Shown here: positions 48,334 through 58,538 of the stretch, piece by piece
Layout of the letters: every line of letters starts with the position of its first letter
Numbering within the stretch: position 1 is the stretch's first letter
From: an uncultured Eubacteriales bacterium
Lineage (GTDB): Bacteria; Bacillota; Clostridia; Oscillospirales; Oscillospiraceae
NCBI GenBank assembly: GCA_902470165.1
Contig: CABRFF010000002.1
Coordinates: forward strand, 4,562-68,561
Reading direction: 5' to 3'
DNA: 64,000 nt
Notes under the pieces: model-generated
Database searches by the model: none
The model's input: the letters and a program-made list of their open reading frames with translations, nothing else
What the model was told of the DNA's origin: nothing
Position numbers and translations under genes: made by a program

Positions 48334-49227
48334 TTAGCCAATAAACACGTTCAGGATGCCGATCACAAAGCCGATCAGCGCACCCAAATTGACAATCGTT
48401 CTCAGCTCATGCTTCATAACGGACAGCACCAGCCGTTCCAGTTCCTCCACTTCCATCTCGTTGATCTTCTGCTCCACAATCTCGGATACATGGATCGTCT
48501 CCAACACCTGATCCGCTTTGGCGGACACCACGGCATCATAGACCTGCTCCACCACCCGACGCAGCAGTTCTGGTTCCGCCGCCAGTGCCTGGCACAGCTC
48601 TTCCGTGCTCTTGCCTGCGAGGGCATCCAGCTCTCCCTGAACCTTCGGGAGCAGCGTCTCGTGCAGATTTTCCTCCAGATACTGGTCTACCCCACTTTGA
48701 ATCGACTCTGCCAAAGTAGCGATTGTGCGGTCGTGCACAAACATGGCCAACATGGTACCGGCCACCTTCTCTTTAATGGCCGCAGAGCCCCGCTCCGCGA
48801 TAATGGCTCCCAGCTCCATGTGGCGAATCTCTTTTTCCAGCTTCGCACACAGCTTTTGGGAAACCGTCTCCTTACAGCGCTCGTAGGTCTCTTCACCCAT
48901 CCCCCGCTGGAGCAGTTCTTCCAGAGACCGGCCGTCTCCCGTCATTCCGCCCAGGACTGCGTCTGATACAGACGCCTTTACCTCATCAGACAGCACCGCT
49001 GCCTTCACATCAGCCGCGGTAAACAGCCGTTCTCCCACAGCCTGTCCGATGGCATGGGCCAGCTGGGGTTTCCGTTTTGGGATGATGCCCGGCGTCAGAG
49101 GCAACTTCCATTTGCCCACTTTAACGGGCCGGCGGGGGCGAAAGAGCATTTTGACCGCAATATAATTTGTACAGTATCCGATTACCGCCCCAACCAGCGG
49201 GCCGGCCAGAAGATGTACCCAATCCAT
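48334..49227 (-). CDS. DUF445-family membrane protein
   Basis: GAVIGYCTNYIAVKMLFRP...PGIIP and ELRTIVNLGALIGFVIG termini. Confidence 0.88.
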   Translation of the reverse strand: MDWVHLLAGPLVGAVIGYCTNYIAVKMLFRPRRPVKVGKWKLPLTPGIIPKRKPQLAHAIGQAVGERLFTAADVKAAVLSDEVKASVSDAVLGGMTGDGRSLEELLQRGMGEETYERCKETVSQKLCAKLEKEIRHMELGAIIAERGSAAIKEKVAGTMLAMFVHDRTIATLAESIQSGVDQYLEENLHETLLPKVQGELDALAGKSTEELCQALAAEPELLRRVVEQVYDAVVSAKADQVLETIHVSEIVEQKINEMEVEELERLVLSVMKHELRTIVNLGALIGFVIGILNVFIG

Positions 49228-49409
49228 GGTTGATCCCTCCTGTTTCATATTCTGTGCTCCTGCGCAATTTCTGAAAATGATAACAAATCCCCGCTTTTCT
49301 GTCAACATTTCTTTCCATACGACAAAAACGGCCGCAGCCAGCACGACCTCGTCGCACCGGCCACAACCGTTCACTTGTCAATATGTGCAGCTTTCTGCTG
49401 TTCTCCCGT

Positions 49410-49643
49410 TTAGAGCGGAACCGCAGGATCTCCCGGCAGTTTATAGACTTTGTCGGGCTTGTCATCAATCTCCCGCTTGCAGAACGCATCCCATTCCGCT
49501 TCGGGAACTTCTTCGAAGGCCACAGAGACATACTCCGTATCCATCTCAAACACCTCTGCTACATCCAGCGCAATTCTATTCGCCAACTTCTTTTTTGCCT
49601 CATCCGATCTTCCCGGCCAGACATTTACTACGATATGGGGCAT
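49410..49643 (-). CDS. 4-oxalocrotonate tautomerase-family protein
   Basis: N-terminal Pro (MPHIVV), GRSDEAKKKLA, VSVAFEEV; GGAGG RBS. Confidence 0.85.
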   Translation of the reverse strand: MPHIVVNVWPGRSDEAKKKLANRIALDVAEVFEMDTEYVSVAFEEVPEAEWDAFCKREIDDKPDKVYKLPGDPAVPL

Positions 49644-49720
49644 GATAATTCCTCCTGTCACGGTGTCTGTTCTTCCACTTTTTATTATAATATGCTGAAA
49701 AAGGATTCGCAATCTTTCCT

Positions 49721-50164
49721 CTACGGAGCTTCTGCATCCTCTCGTTGCTCCTCTTTTCCCTGAATCCGGTTCAAAAACGTTACTATCATCTCCGTCTGGA
49801 GCAGCGCCAAACCACTTCCCTCATCTCCCAGCACAAGCAGACTATCTCCTGGCTGAATGTGGAACAATTCCAGCGCTTTGGCGGGGATCACAATTTCTCC
49901 ACGTTCCCCCACTGTCACGGTTCCGAAGGAATGCTTTCCCTTTGGCGGAAGCGGCAGACCGGTCTCCCGCTCACTGTAGTTGACCAAGTCATCCAGCGCC
50001 ACATCATAGAGCCGGGCCAGCGCCACACAGTTGGACAGATCGGGACAGGTCTCACCCGCCTCCCATTTGGCCACTGCCTGCCGGGAAACTGCGAGCCGAT
50101 TTGCCACCTGCTCCTGCGTCATATTGTGGAGTTTTCGCAGCTTGAATAGGTTTTCGCTGAGCAT
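49721..50164 (-). CDS. XRE HTH + AbrB-like domain regulator
   Basis: TQEQVA..LAVSRQAVAKWEAG and GTVTVGERGEIVIPA...IQPGD. Confidence 0.85.
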   Translation of the reverse strand: MLSENLFKLRKLHNMTQEQVANRLAVSRQAVAKWEAGETCPDLSNCVALARLYDVALDDLVNYSERETGLPLPPKGKHSFGTVTVGERGEIVIPAKALELFHIQPGDSLLVLGDEGSGLALLQTEMIVTFLNRIQGKEEQREDAEAP

Positions 50165-50202
50165 ACACACAACCTTCCTTTCCGATCGGTCACACACTTC
50201 CT

Positions 50203-50931
50203 TTACTGGGGCAGCAGCCACCAAATGGTCTCGGGCTGTGGTTCCAGCCCCACTTTTTTCTGCAAGACCATGGCAGTCTGATTTTCCTGAAACGTCTGAC
50301 TGTAAGGAATGTGTCCCCGGCGCAGCTCCTGTCGGATCAAATACGTGAGCAGAGCACTGCCAATTCCGCGCCCCCGGTACGCCTCCAAAACGATCAGCAT
50401 GCCCATGGCCCCCTCTTTGTGCACGCCAATAAAACCGGCCAGCTTGTCCTCCACACAGGCACCAAACATACTGCCCGCGTTGATCCGCTCCGCCAACTCA
50501 ACGGGTTTTTCGGCGAGGTGATAGTGCTGCTCCACCACCGGCAGGTCTCCCAGATCCAGCGGCCAGATCTCCACCGACGGATTGGCCGCCGGTGGATCGA
50601 AGGAGGGCCAGCGTGCCTGAACACAGCTGCTGACGGTCACCTGCCGTTGGTCCATAATCGCCTCCACACAGCAGGTCTGGTGAGCCACAATCGGCACCGC
50701 CTGTGTCATCAGAGGCAGCAGTTTTTCTGCCGTCTTCCGGGTGTCCGCAGAGAGCTGATAGCTCGCCGGCGCGCCATCGCCTTTATTGTGGACCAACAGC
50801 AGCACACCGTCCGGCTCCGCATAGAGAATCTCTCCCAGGCCCCGATACACCGCTTCCGTCATGTCAATATGCAGCCCGGGACGCTTTAACAGATAGGTCA
50901 GCGCCCGGGATGTGATGTCAGTGTAGATCAT
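50203..50931 (-). CDS. GNAT acetyltransferase
   Basis: C-terminal GFIGVHKEGAMGML...YRGRGIGSAL acetyl-CoA motif; start refined to MIYTD. Confidence 0.8.
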   Translation of the reverse strand: MIYTDITSRALTYLLKRPGLHIDMTEAVYRGLGEILYAEPDGVLLLVHNKGDGAPASYQLSADTRKTAEKLLPLMTQAVPIVAHQTCCVEAIMDQRQVTVSSCVQARWPSFDPPAANPSVEIWPLDLGDLPVVEQHYHLAEKPVELAERINAGSMFGACVEDKLAGFIGVHKEGAMGMLIVLEAYRGRGIGSALLTYLIRQELRRGHIPYSQTFQENQTAMVLQKKVGLEPQPETIWWLLPQ

Positions 50932-51815
50932 CTCTGATTCCTCCAAAAATAGTCCAGATCCTCCGGCATAGGGCTGGCGATCTGCAAATTCTGATGGGTA
51001 AAAGGATGGCGCAGCACAATGCGGCAGGCGTGCAGGGCGGGCCGGTCCAGCTCTTTTCCGCCGCCGTATAACGGGTCCCCGGCCAGCGGACACCCCAACG
51101 CTGACAGATGCACCCGAATCTGATGGGTCCGTCCGGTTTTCAGCGTCAGCGCAACCAGGCTGTACTTCCCTCGCCTGTCCAGCACGCGAAAGCAGGTTTC
51201 CGCTGACCGGCCACTGTCGCTGACCTGGTAGGCATTTAGCGCGCCCGGGTGTTTTCCAATCGGCCAGGTGATCACTCCCGTCTCCTGCGGCGGACTTCCC
51301 TGGCAAATGGCCAGGTAGTGGCGCTGATAGGACGAGGTGTGAAGCAGCTTTTGCAGACGCTCCTGACTTTCCGCGCTCTTTGCCAGGATCAGCAGGCCGG
51401 ACGTTCCCTTGTCCAGCCGGCTGACAAACCGCGGTACCATCGAAATTCCCTGCTGACAGTAGTGCCAGACCAGATGGTTTCCCAAAGTGTCTCCGTAGTG
51501 CCCACGTCCTGGATGGACCGGCAGTCCGGCGGGCTTATCCACCACAGCCAGCCAAGGATCCTCAAACAGAATCCGCACCGCTCCCGGAGCAGGAACGACT
51601 TGAGACGTCTCCCGCTCGGGTATCCGCACCTGAAGCGTCTGCCCGGAGTGCACCTGACAGTTGCTGTTCACGCGGATGCCGTCCAGCAGCAGCCCGTCCG
51701 GCTGAAATTTGGCCCGCTTCATCTGCGTTTTGGACAGGCGGAGCACCCGTCGCAGCACTCGCTCCACGGTAACCCCGGAAAGGTCCGCATCTATTTTCAC
51801 TTCATACGATCTCAT
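50928..51815 (-). CDS. RluA-family pseudouridine synthase
   Basis: DKPAGLPVHP, SRLDKGTSG, TGRTHQIRVH, GDPLYG, ALHA. Confidence 0.93.
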   Translation of the reverse strand: MRSYEVKIDADLSGVTVERVLRRVLRLSKTQMKRAKFQPDGLLLDGIRVNSNCQVHSGQTLQVRIPERETSQVVPAPGAVRILFEDPWLAVVDKPAGLPVHPGRGHYGDTLGNHLVWHYCQQGISMVPRFVSRLDKGTSGLLILAKSAESQERLQKLLHTSSYQRHYLAICQGSPPQETGVITWPIGKHPGALNAYQVSDSGRSAETCFRVLDRRGKYSLVALTLKTGRTHQIRVHLSALGCPLAGDPLYGGGKELDRPALHACRIVLRHPFTHQNLQIASPMPEDLDYFWRNQR

Positions 51816-52033
51816 ACGCTTCCACTCCCGCCATCTGCGTATCAGCAGAATACGATTATCACTATCATACCAAGAATCGGAACATTCTTCAAACTTTAAT
51901 ATGCCGCCACTCCCCAAATATCGTCTTTTATATAACCCGTTCCGGTTTTAAATTGCAAAGAAATCGCACCTATGGTATGATGAAAATCTAACATCACTGT
52001 TTCCACTAACCAGAGGGAAAGGAGTTCCGTGAG

Positions 52034-54319
52034 ATGAATGATGGCATTCGAAAACTGATTTCCATTGCGTTGGTGCTGTCTCTATGCGTCAGCGCGGGAG
52101 CCGAGAGCGCTTTGGCCGCAGCCGCTGACATACCCAACCCCACCGCAAGTGACACGGAACAACCGTCCTTCGAAACAGTCACAGAGGCCTCGCAGATCAC
52201 GGTGATGGTGCAGGACTACTGGGATGACGGCTACTTTGAAGAGGTCATCATTGACCCCGAGCAGGAAACCGTGATCAAAGACGGCGCGGAAACCACCTTG
52301 AACAAAGCACTGGATCTGAACCAGCCTGACACGGAAACTGTGCTGGAATCAACCGATGCCGCAGAGCAGTATTTTGCCGACTCCATTTACGATTCTGAGA
52401 CCACAAAAGACGGCAAAGTGGTCGTTACCGCTCCCTTCCAGACCATGCGCATCGTCGTCTATACCGATGAGCTCTCCGACACCTATGGCGCGGCAGAAGC
52501 GCTGTACTACCCGGAGTACCATGAGTACATCCTGCAATACGACACGCAGGAGGCCACTCAGGCCGCCTATGACCAACTGGTGGCAGAGTATGGCAAGGAC
52601 CGCTGTTTTGTGGACGAGCTGATTTCCAGTGAGGACCTTCTCATGGACACCGCTTCAATCGAACCCGCCTCCTGTTACTCCTGGGGCGCCACGCTGATGG
52701 GGTTGGATCAGCTGAAAGCCCAGGCCGGAGAGGTCCTCAGCGACTCCACTGTAACGGTGGCAGTGCTGGACACCGGCCTTGACGCTACCCACACCTTCTT
52801 CGACCATCGCACCATTTCCCCCGACAGCTATAACTTCATGGAGAACTCAACAGACATCTCCGATGTCACCGGCCACGGCACCCATGTTGCAGGCATCATC
52901 GCTGACTGTACGCCGGACAACGTCTCCTTTTTGATCCTGCGCGTTTTCAGTCTCCGGAACGTGAACGGAGAAGACCAGGAATACTCCACTTCTCTGGTGG
53001 TCAACACCGCTCTCCAGTACGCCGTGGAGAAACAGGCAGATGTAATCAATATGAGCTTCGGCTGGAACGACTCCGAAGCCAGCTCCCACACCTTTTTGGA
53101 TGAAGCGATTGACGCGGCCTATCAGGCGGATATCCCCATCTGCTGTGCTGCCGGCAACCTGTCCGACGATGTGGATACCTCGTATCCCGCATGCAGCAAA
53201 CAGACCATCGCAGTCTCTTCTGTAAACTCCGACGGCACGTTTGACACAGTGTATTCCAACTACGGAAGCAAAATCGACTTCGCTGCCCCTGGCGTGAACA
53301 TTGTCAGTGCGAAGGCCGGCGGCGGAGTGTGCACCAAAACCGGAACCTCCATGGCCGCGCCTCACCTGACCGCTGCCATCGCCTACATTAAACTGCGTAT
53401 CCCCTCTGCTACGCTATCCGACGTCTACCAAGTGCTCCAATGCTACGCCGTGGACGCAGGAGACCCCGGGCGGGACAACCTGTACGGCTGGGGCTATGTC
53501 AATCTTGCTTCTTTCTTCTGGGACAATCCCGGCGGTATCCATGACCTGTCCACTATGACCCTTACCCTCTCTCAGTCCAGCTACATCTGCGATGGAACCG
53601 CTAAAAAACCTGCGGTTACTTTGACAGAAAACGGCGTCACGGTTTCAAAGCAAAACTACACGGTCTCCTATCAGAACAACAAACAGGTGGGCACAGCCAC
53701 TGTCACTGTCACCGGAGTCTGCAACTATAAGGGCAGCATCAGCAAAACTTTCACCATCACCCTGGGCGCCGCATCCATCTCCGGTGTAGCCAACGGCATC
53801 ACCGGCATCACCGTAACCTGGAAACGGGTCAGCGGCGCCAGTGGTTACTGTATCTACCGGCAAAGTGGCACCTCCTCAACCTGGAAAAAAGTCAAAACCA
53901 TGACCAGCGGCAGTTCCGTCAACTGGACCGACCCCAATGTGTCCAACGGCACCACCTACCGCTACCTAGTCCGGGCCTACTGTGGCAAAACCTTAGGGGA
54001 CTACAAGGGCAGCAAGAGCGTCTATCGCCTGACCCGCACCTCTATCTCCAGCGCCAAAAACAAGGCCACACGCAAGCTGTCTCTGACCTGGAAGAAAAAC
54101 AGCAAGGCAACCGGTTACCAGATTCAGTACTCCACCAAAAGTGATTTCAGCTCCTGTAAAACTATCACAATAAAGAGCTATAAAACCATTCAAATGCCCC
54201 TCTCTAAATTGACAAAGAAAAAGAACTATTTTGTTCGCGTCCGGTGCTACAAAAACTACGGTGGAAGCAAGTATTATTCCGCCTGGTCCACCAGAAAAAC
54301 GGTCAAAATCAAACGGTGA
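52034..54319 (+). CDS. Secreted S8 subtilase with C-terminal Ig/FN3-like domains
   Basis: Signal peptide; VLDTG, GHGTHVAG, AAGN, GTSMAAP catalytic motifs; Lys-rich FN3-like repeats. Confidence 0.9.
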   Translation: MNDGIRKLISIALVLSLCVSAGAESALAAAADIPNPTASDTEQPSFETVTEASQITVMVQDYWDDGYFEEVIIDPEQETVIKDGAETTLNKALDLNQPDTETVLESTDAAEQYFADSIYDSETTKDGKVVVTAPFQTMRIVVYTDELSDTYGAAEALYYPEYHEYILQYDTQEATQAAYDQLVAEYGKDRCFVDELISSEDLLMDTASIEPASCYSWGATLMGLDQLKAQAGEVLSDSTVTVAVLDTGLDATHTFFDHRTISPDSYNFMENSTDISDVTGHGTHVAGIIADCTPDNVSFLILRVFSLRNVNGEDQEYSTSLVVNTALQYAVEKQADVINMSFGWNDSEASSHTFLDEAIDAAYQADIPICCAAGNLSDDVDTSYPACSKQTIAVSSVNSDGTFDTVYSNYGSKIDFAAPGVNIVSAKAGGGVCTKTGTSMAAPHLTAAIAYIKLRIPSATLSDVYQVLQCYAVDAGDPGRDNLYGWGYVNLASFFWDNPGGIHDLSTMTLTLSQSSYICDGTAKKPAVTLTENGVTVSKQNYTVSYQNNKQVGTATVTVTGVCNYKGSISKTFTITLGAASISGVANGITGITVTWKRVSGASGYCIYRQSGTSSTWKKVKTMTSGSSVNWTDPNVSNGTTYRYLVRAYCGKTLGDYKGSKSVYRLTRTSISSAKNKATRKLSLTWKKNSKATGYQIQYSTKSDFSSCKTITIKSYKTIQMPLSKLTKKKNYFVRVRCYKNYGGSKYYSAWSTRKTVKIKR

Positions 54320-54353
54320 TACCGCCAAATTTGCCATTTACGACCTGCACCAA

Positions 54354-54417
54354 TTGACGAATTCCTCTGGGCCGTATATAATGAGCGAGAGACAACACAG
54401 GTTAGCAGTGCTAACCT
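54354..54417 (+). promoter_or_regulatory. hlyIII promoter with a perfect palindromic operator
   Basis: TTGACG(54354)-17-TATAAT(54377); AGGTTAGCA-G-TGCTAACCT at 54399-54417. Confidence 0.65.
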
Positions 54418-54433
54418 AATCGGTCGCCTGGAG

Positions 54434-55120
54434 GTGAAACCGCAATTGAAACGTAAAAAACTGGCAGAGCGCGTCCTGCCCAATTACACCAAGGGTGAGG
54501 AGATTTTTAACATGGCCTCCCACGCGGCCGGCGCGGCGCTGGGCATTGTGGTGACGGTGCTCTGTGTCGTCAGAGCAGCATATCATCACAGCGCCATCGG
54601 CGTGGTCAGCGCAGCTATTTTCGGCGCAACCATGATCCTGCTCTACTCCATTTCCAGCGTCTACCATGGGCTCAGCCCCAGAGTGATGGGCAAAAAGGTG
54701 CTGCGAGTCCTGGATCACTGTACCATCTACCTGCTCATCGCCGGAAGCTATACGCCCCTCGCCCTGTGCTCCCTGCGGCCGGAGCATCCCGCTCTGGGCT
54801 GGACCATCTTCGGTGTCATCTGGGGCGCCGCTGCCATCGGGATTCTTTTGACCGCCATCGATATGGAGCGATTCAAAGTATTCTCCATGATCTGCTACCT
54901 GGCCATGGGCTGGTGCATTGTGGTGGCCATCAAACCGACGGTCCTGGCACTGGGTACCGGCGGAACCGTTTTTCTGCTGCTGGGCGGCGTTGCCTATAAC
55001 ATCGGCGCGATTCTCTACGGCATCGGAAAAAAGAAACGCTATATCCACTCCGTTTTTCATCTGTTCGTCGTGATCGGAAGTCTGATGCACTTTTTCTGCA
55101 TTCTGTTCTACGTTTTATGA
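54434..55120 (+). CDS. Hemolysin III / PAQR (TrhA-like) membrane protein
   Basis: EEIFNMASH, SSVYH, DHCTIYLLIAGSYTP, HSVFHLFV. Confidence 0.92.
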   Translation: MKPQLKRKKLAERVLPNYTKGEEIFNMASHAAGAALGIVVTVLCVVRAAYHHSAIGVVSAAIFGATMILLYSISSVYHGLSPRVMGKKVLRVLDHCTIYLLIAGSYTPLALCSLRPEHPALGWTIFGVIWGAAAIGILLTAIDMERFKVFSMICYLAMGWCIVVAIKPTVLALGTGGTVFLLLGGVAYNIGAILYGIGKKKRYIHSVFHLFVVIGSLMHFFCILFYVL

Positions 55121-55280
55121 CACTGGAACCCGTAGCTGCACGCTGCGGGTTCTTTTCTGTTCTGGACAGACCACCAGCGCATCCATTCCCCCATGCCAAA
55201 AAAAGTTTGTCGTTTTTTTCACATTCCTATTGACATGCACGCTTTACTGTGCTACGTTAAATACAGTTAAAAGTTCATAT

Positions 55281-55392
55281 TGATCTTCAGGGCAGGGTGA
55301 AATTCCCGATTGGCGGTAACAGTCCGCGAGCGCGATTGCGCAGGACTCGGTGGAACTCCGGGACCAACAGTGATAGTCTGGATGGAAGAAGA
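55281..55392 (+). ncRNA. FMN riboswitch (RFN element)
   Basis: CTTCAGGGCAGGGTGAAATTCCCGA.TGGCGGT...ACAGTGATAGTCTGGATGGAAGAAGA upstream of ribD; promoter TTGACA(55230)-17-TACGTT. Confidence 0.95.
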
Positions 55393-55434
55393 TTTTGACC
55401 GTGGTACGGATGTATTGCGTGTATTTGTGTCGCC

Positions 55435-55531
55435 CTGGAACATTTGTTGTTCCAGTTTTTTTATTGCAAATACCCGCGCTTTCGTGTCACGTCACGTGTA
55501 CACCCTGAACAAGACAGTTCAGGGTATTTTT
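55435..55531 (+). terminator. Two tandem attenuator hairpins of the FMN riboswitch
   Basis: CTGGAACA/TGTTCCAG+T7 (55435-55462) and ACCCTGAAC/GTTCAGGGT+ATTTTT (55502-55531). Confidence 0.7.
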
Positions 55532-55550
55532 CGTTTTTGGGAGGTGTTTT

Positions 55551-56651
55551 ATGACAGACTCGGAATACATGCATCTGGCTCTCCAGCTGGCCCGGAAAGG
55601 GGCCGGGCGGGTCAGCCCTAACCCGATGGTGGGCGCTGTGATTGTCAAAGACGGAGTTGTCATCGGACAGGGCTACCACCAGCAATACGGCGGCCTGCAC
55701 GCAGAGCGCAACGCTCTGGCGGCCTGTACCGCTCCCCCTCAGGGCGCGACCCTCTATGTGACGTTGGAGCCCTGTTGCCACTACGGCAAAACGCCGCCTT
55801 GTACAGAAGCTATCCTGGAAAACGGTATCGCCCGTGTGGTGATCGGTTCCGACGATCCCAACCCGCTGGTGGCCGGAAAGGGCATCGAGATCCTGCGCTC
55901 CCACGGAGTTCAGGTGACCACCCACGTTTTGCAGGCGGAGTGCGACAAGCTCAACGAAGTGTTTTTCCACTTTATTCAAAGCAAAACTCCCTATGTGGTC
56001 ATGAAATACGCCATGACGCTGGATGGCAAGATCGCCACCAAAACCGGCGCCTCTCAGTGGATCACCGGAGAAATCGCCCGCCGCCGGGTCCACGAGGACC
56101 GCAACCGTTACTCCGCTATTATGGCCGGGGTGGGCACCGTGCTGGCGGACAATCCGCAGCTCACCTGCCGGATTGAGGGCGGCCGCAATCCCGTCCGCAT
56201 CATCTGCGACACCCATTTGCGCACCCCGCTTACCGCTCAGGTGGTGACCACCGCCAACTCCATTCCCACCATTCTGGCCACTTCGGAGCCCAATCCCGCC
56301 TGCCATCAGCCCTATCTGGACGCTGGCTGTCAGGTCGTGACAGTTCCCCAGCGGGACGGGCATCTGGACCTGAACGCGCTGATGGAAGCCCTCGGCGCAC
56401 AGAACATCGACAGCATCCTGCTAGAAGGCGGCGGGACACTGAACTGGACTGCGTTGCAGAGCGGAATCGTCCAAAAAGTGCAGGCCTATGTGGCTCCAAA
56501 GCTCTTCGGCGGGACCGCCAAGAACCCGGTCATGGGACTGGGCGTGGAGCTGCCCGATCAGGCCGTTCAACTGACCTCCCCCACCGTCACCCGTCTGGGC
56601 GAGGATCTGCTGCTGGAAAGTGAGGTAATCCCATGTTCACCGGAATCGTAA
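55551..56651 (+). CDS. ribD: Bifunctional pyrimidine deaminase/reductase
   Basis: PNPMVGA, HAE, TLEPCCHYGKTPPC, TLDGKIA, LEGGG. Confidence 0.96.
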   Translation: MTDSEYMHLALQLARKGAGRVSPNPMVGAVIVKDGVVIGQGYHQQYGGLHAERNALAACTAPPQGATLYVTLEPCCHYGKTPPCTEAILENGIARVVIGSDDPNPLVAGKGIEILRSHGVQVTTHVLQAECDKLNEVFFHFIQSKTPYVVMKYAMTLDGKIATKTGASQWITGEIARRRVHEDRNRYSAIMAGVGTVLADNPQLTCRIEGGRNPVRIICDTHLRTPLTAQVVTTANSIPTILATSEPNPACHQPYLDAGCQVVTVPQRDGHLDLNALMEALGAQNIDSILLEGGGTLNWTALQSGIVQKVQAYVAPKLFGGTAKNPVMGLGVELPDQAVQLTSPTVTRLGEDLLLESEVIPCSPES

Positions 56652-57280
56652 ACGAGGTGGGTACTCTTCTGGGAATTCACCGGGGTGCCAACTCCGCGGT
56701 ACTGACCATCGGCGCCACAACCATTCTGGAGGACGTGAAGCTGGGCGACAGCATCGCGGTCAACGGGGTCTGCCTGACCGTGACTTCCTTTACCCCGTCC
56801 CAATTCACCGCCGACGTCATGCACGAGACCCTTAACCGCTCCTCTCTGGGCGCCCTGCGCCCCGGCAACCCGGTCAATCTGGAGCGGGCCATGCGGGCCG
56901 ACGGCCGTTTTGACGGCCACATTGTGGCTGGCCACATCGACGGCACCGGCACCATCGCCTCTATCCGTCGGGATGACAACGCCATCCGCTACACCATCCG
57001 CACCACCCCCGCCATTCTCCGCTATATCATCGAAAAGGGCTCCATCGCCATCGACGGCATCAGCCTGACGGTGACCGAGGTCACCCGGGAGACCTTCAGT
57101 GTCTCCGTGATCCCTCACACCGCCGCCTGCACCAATTTGGCCCAGCGGCGGATCGGTGACACGGTCAACCTGGAAAACGACTGCATTGGAAAATATGTGG
57201 AGCGTCTGCTTACCACGCCAAATACGGCAAATCAGGAGAGCAACATCACTTTGGAATTTTTAGCCCGGAACGGCTTTTGA
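56633..57280 (+). CDS. ribE: Riboflavin synthase (alpha chain)
   Basis: MFTGIV N-terminus, GDSIAVNGVCLTV, GHIVAGHID, KGSIAIDGISLT. Confidence 0.96.
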   Translation: MFTGIVNEVGTLLGIHRGANSAVLTIGATTILEDVKLGDSIAVNGVCLTVTSFTPSQFTADVMHETLNRSSLGALRPGNPVNLERAMRADGRFDGHIVAGHIDGTGTIASIRRDDNAIRYTIRTTPAILRYIIEKGSIAIDGISLTVTEVTRETFSVSVIPHTAACTNLAQRRIGDTVNLENDCIGKYVERLLTTPNTANQESNITLEFLARNGF

Positions 57281-57302
57281 CTGAAACAGAGGAGGATAAC
57301 AA

Positions 57303-58505
57303 ATGGAACATCAGTATTGCACTGTGGAAGAAGCTCTGGAAGAGCTGCGGGCCGGCCGCATTATCATCTCCATCGACGACCCGGACCGCGAAAATGAAGG
57401 CGATATGATCTGCGCCGCCCAGTTTGCCACCACCGAAAACGTCAACTTCATGGCCATGTACGCCAAGGGCCTGATCTGCACTCCCATGAGCGAAGAAGTG
57501 GCCGCCCGGCTGGGCCTGGAGCAGATGGTCAAGGTCAACACGGACAACCACTGCACCGCCTTTACCGTATCCATCGACCACGTGGACACCACCACCGGCA
57601 TCTCCGCCGAGGAACGGGGTTACACCTGCCGCAAGTGCGTGGATCTGTCCACCCGCCCCGAAGACCTGCGCCGTCCCGGCCATGTGTTCCCGCTGGTAGC
57701 CCGGCGGGGCGGCGTCCTCGCCCGCAACGGCCATACGGAGGCAACGGTGGATCTGTGCCGTCTGGCAGGTCTGGCCCAGTGCGGTCTGTGCTGCGAGATC
57801 ATGCGGGACGACGGCACCATGATGCGCACCACAGAGCTGCTGGAAAAGGCAAAGGAGTGGGGCCTGAAGGTCATCACCATCAAGGCACTCCAGGATTACT
57901 GCCGTCTCCACGACAAGCATGTCACGCGGGAAGCCTGCGCCAAGCTGCCCACCCGCTTCGGTGACTTCCAGATTTACGGCTATGACAACGACCTGACGGG
58001 CGAACACCACGTGGCACTGGTCAAGGGCGACATCGGCGACGGACAGAACGTCCTGTGCCGTGTTCACTCCGAGTGCCTGACCGGCGACGTATTCGGCTCC
58101 CGCCGCTGCGACTGCGGTCAGCAGCTGGCCGCCGCCATGACCCAAATCGAGGCGGAAGGCCGCGGCGTACTGCTCTACATGCGTCAGGAAGGCCGTGGCA
58201 TCGGTCTGCTCAACAAGCTGAAGGCATACGAGTTGCAGGAACGCGGCTTTGATACGGTAGACGCCAACGTCAAGCTGGGCTTCGCTCCCGACCTGCGGGA
58301 ATACTGGATTGGCGCGCAGATTCTGCGGGATCTGGGTATCAAGACCATGCGCCTGCTGACTAACAACCCGGACAAGGTCTACCAGCTGTCCGACTTCGGT
58401 CTGGAGATTGTGGAGCGGGTGCCCATTCAGGTGGAGGCCACCAAGGACGACCTGTTCTACCTGCGGACCAAGCAGCGCCGGATGGGCCATATTCTGAACT
58501 ATTGA
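57303..58505 (+). CDS. ribBA: DHBP synthase / GTP cyclohydrolase II
   Basis: [46 protein letters not shown]. Confidence 0.96.
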   Translation: MEHQYCTVEEALEELRAGRIIISIDDPDRENEGDMICAAQFATTENVNFMAMYAKGLICTPMSEEVAARLGLEQMVKVNTDNHCTAFTVSIDHVDTTTGISAEERGYTCRKCVDLSTRPEDLRRPGHVFPLVARRGGVLARNGHTEATVDLCRLAGLAQCGLCCEIMRDDGTMMRTTELLEKAKEWGLKVITIKALQDYCRLHDKHVTREACAKLPTRFGDFQIYGYDNDLTGEHHVALVKGDIGDGQNVLCRVHSECLTGDVFGSRRCDCGQQLAAAMTQIEAEGRGVLLYMRQEGRGIGLLNKLKAYELQERGFDTVDANVKLGFAPDLREYWIGAQILRDLGIKTMRLLTNNPDKVYQLSDFGLEIVERVPIQVEATKDDLFYLRTKQRRMGHILNY

Positions 58506-58538
58506 TTGACATTCTAACGATAAATGGAGGTAATTACT

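Noticed and set aside
49721..50931. GNAT plus XRE/AbrB genes as a toxin-antitoxin pair
   Set aside because: The GNAT is a two-domain protein of about 240 aa coupled to rluA, and the XRE-AbrB fusion is a common stand-alone regulator. Gene order and sizes do not fit known GNAT TA modules.
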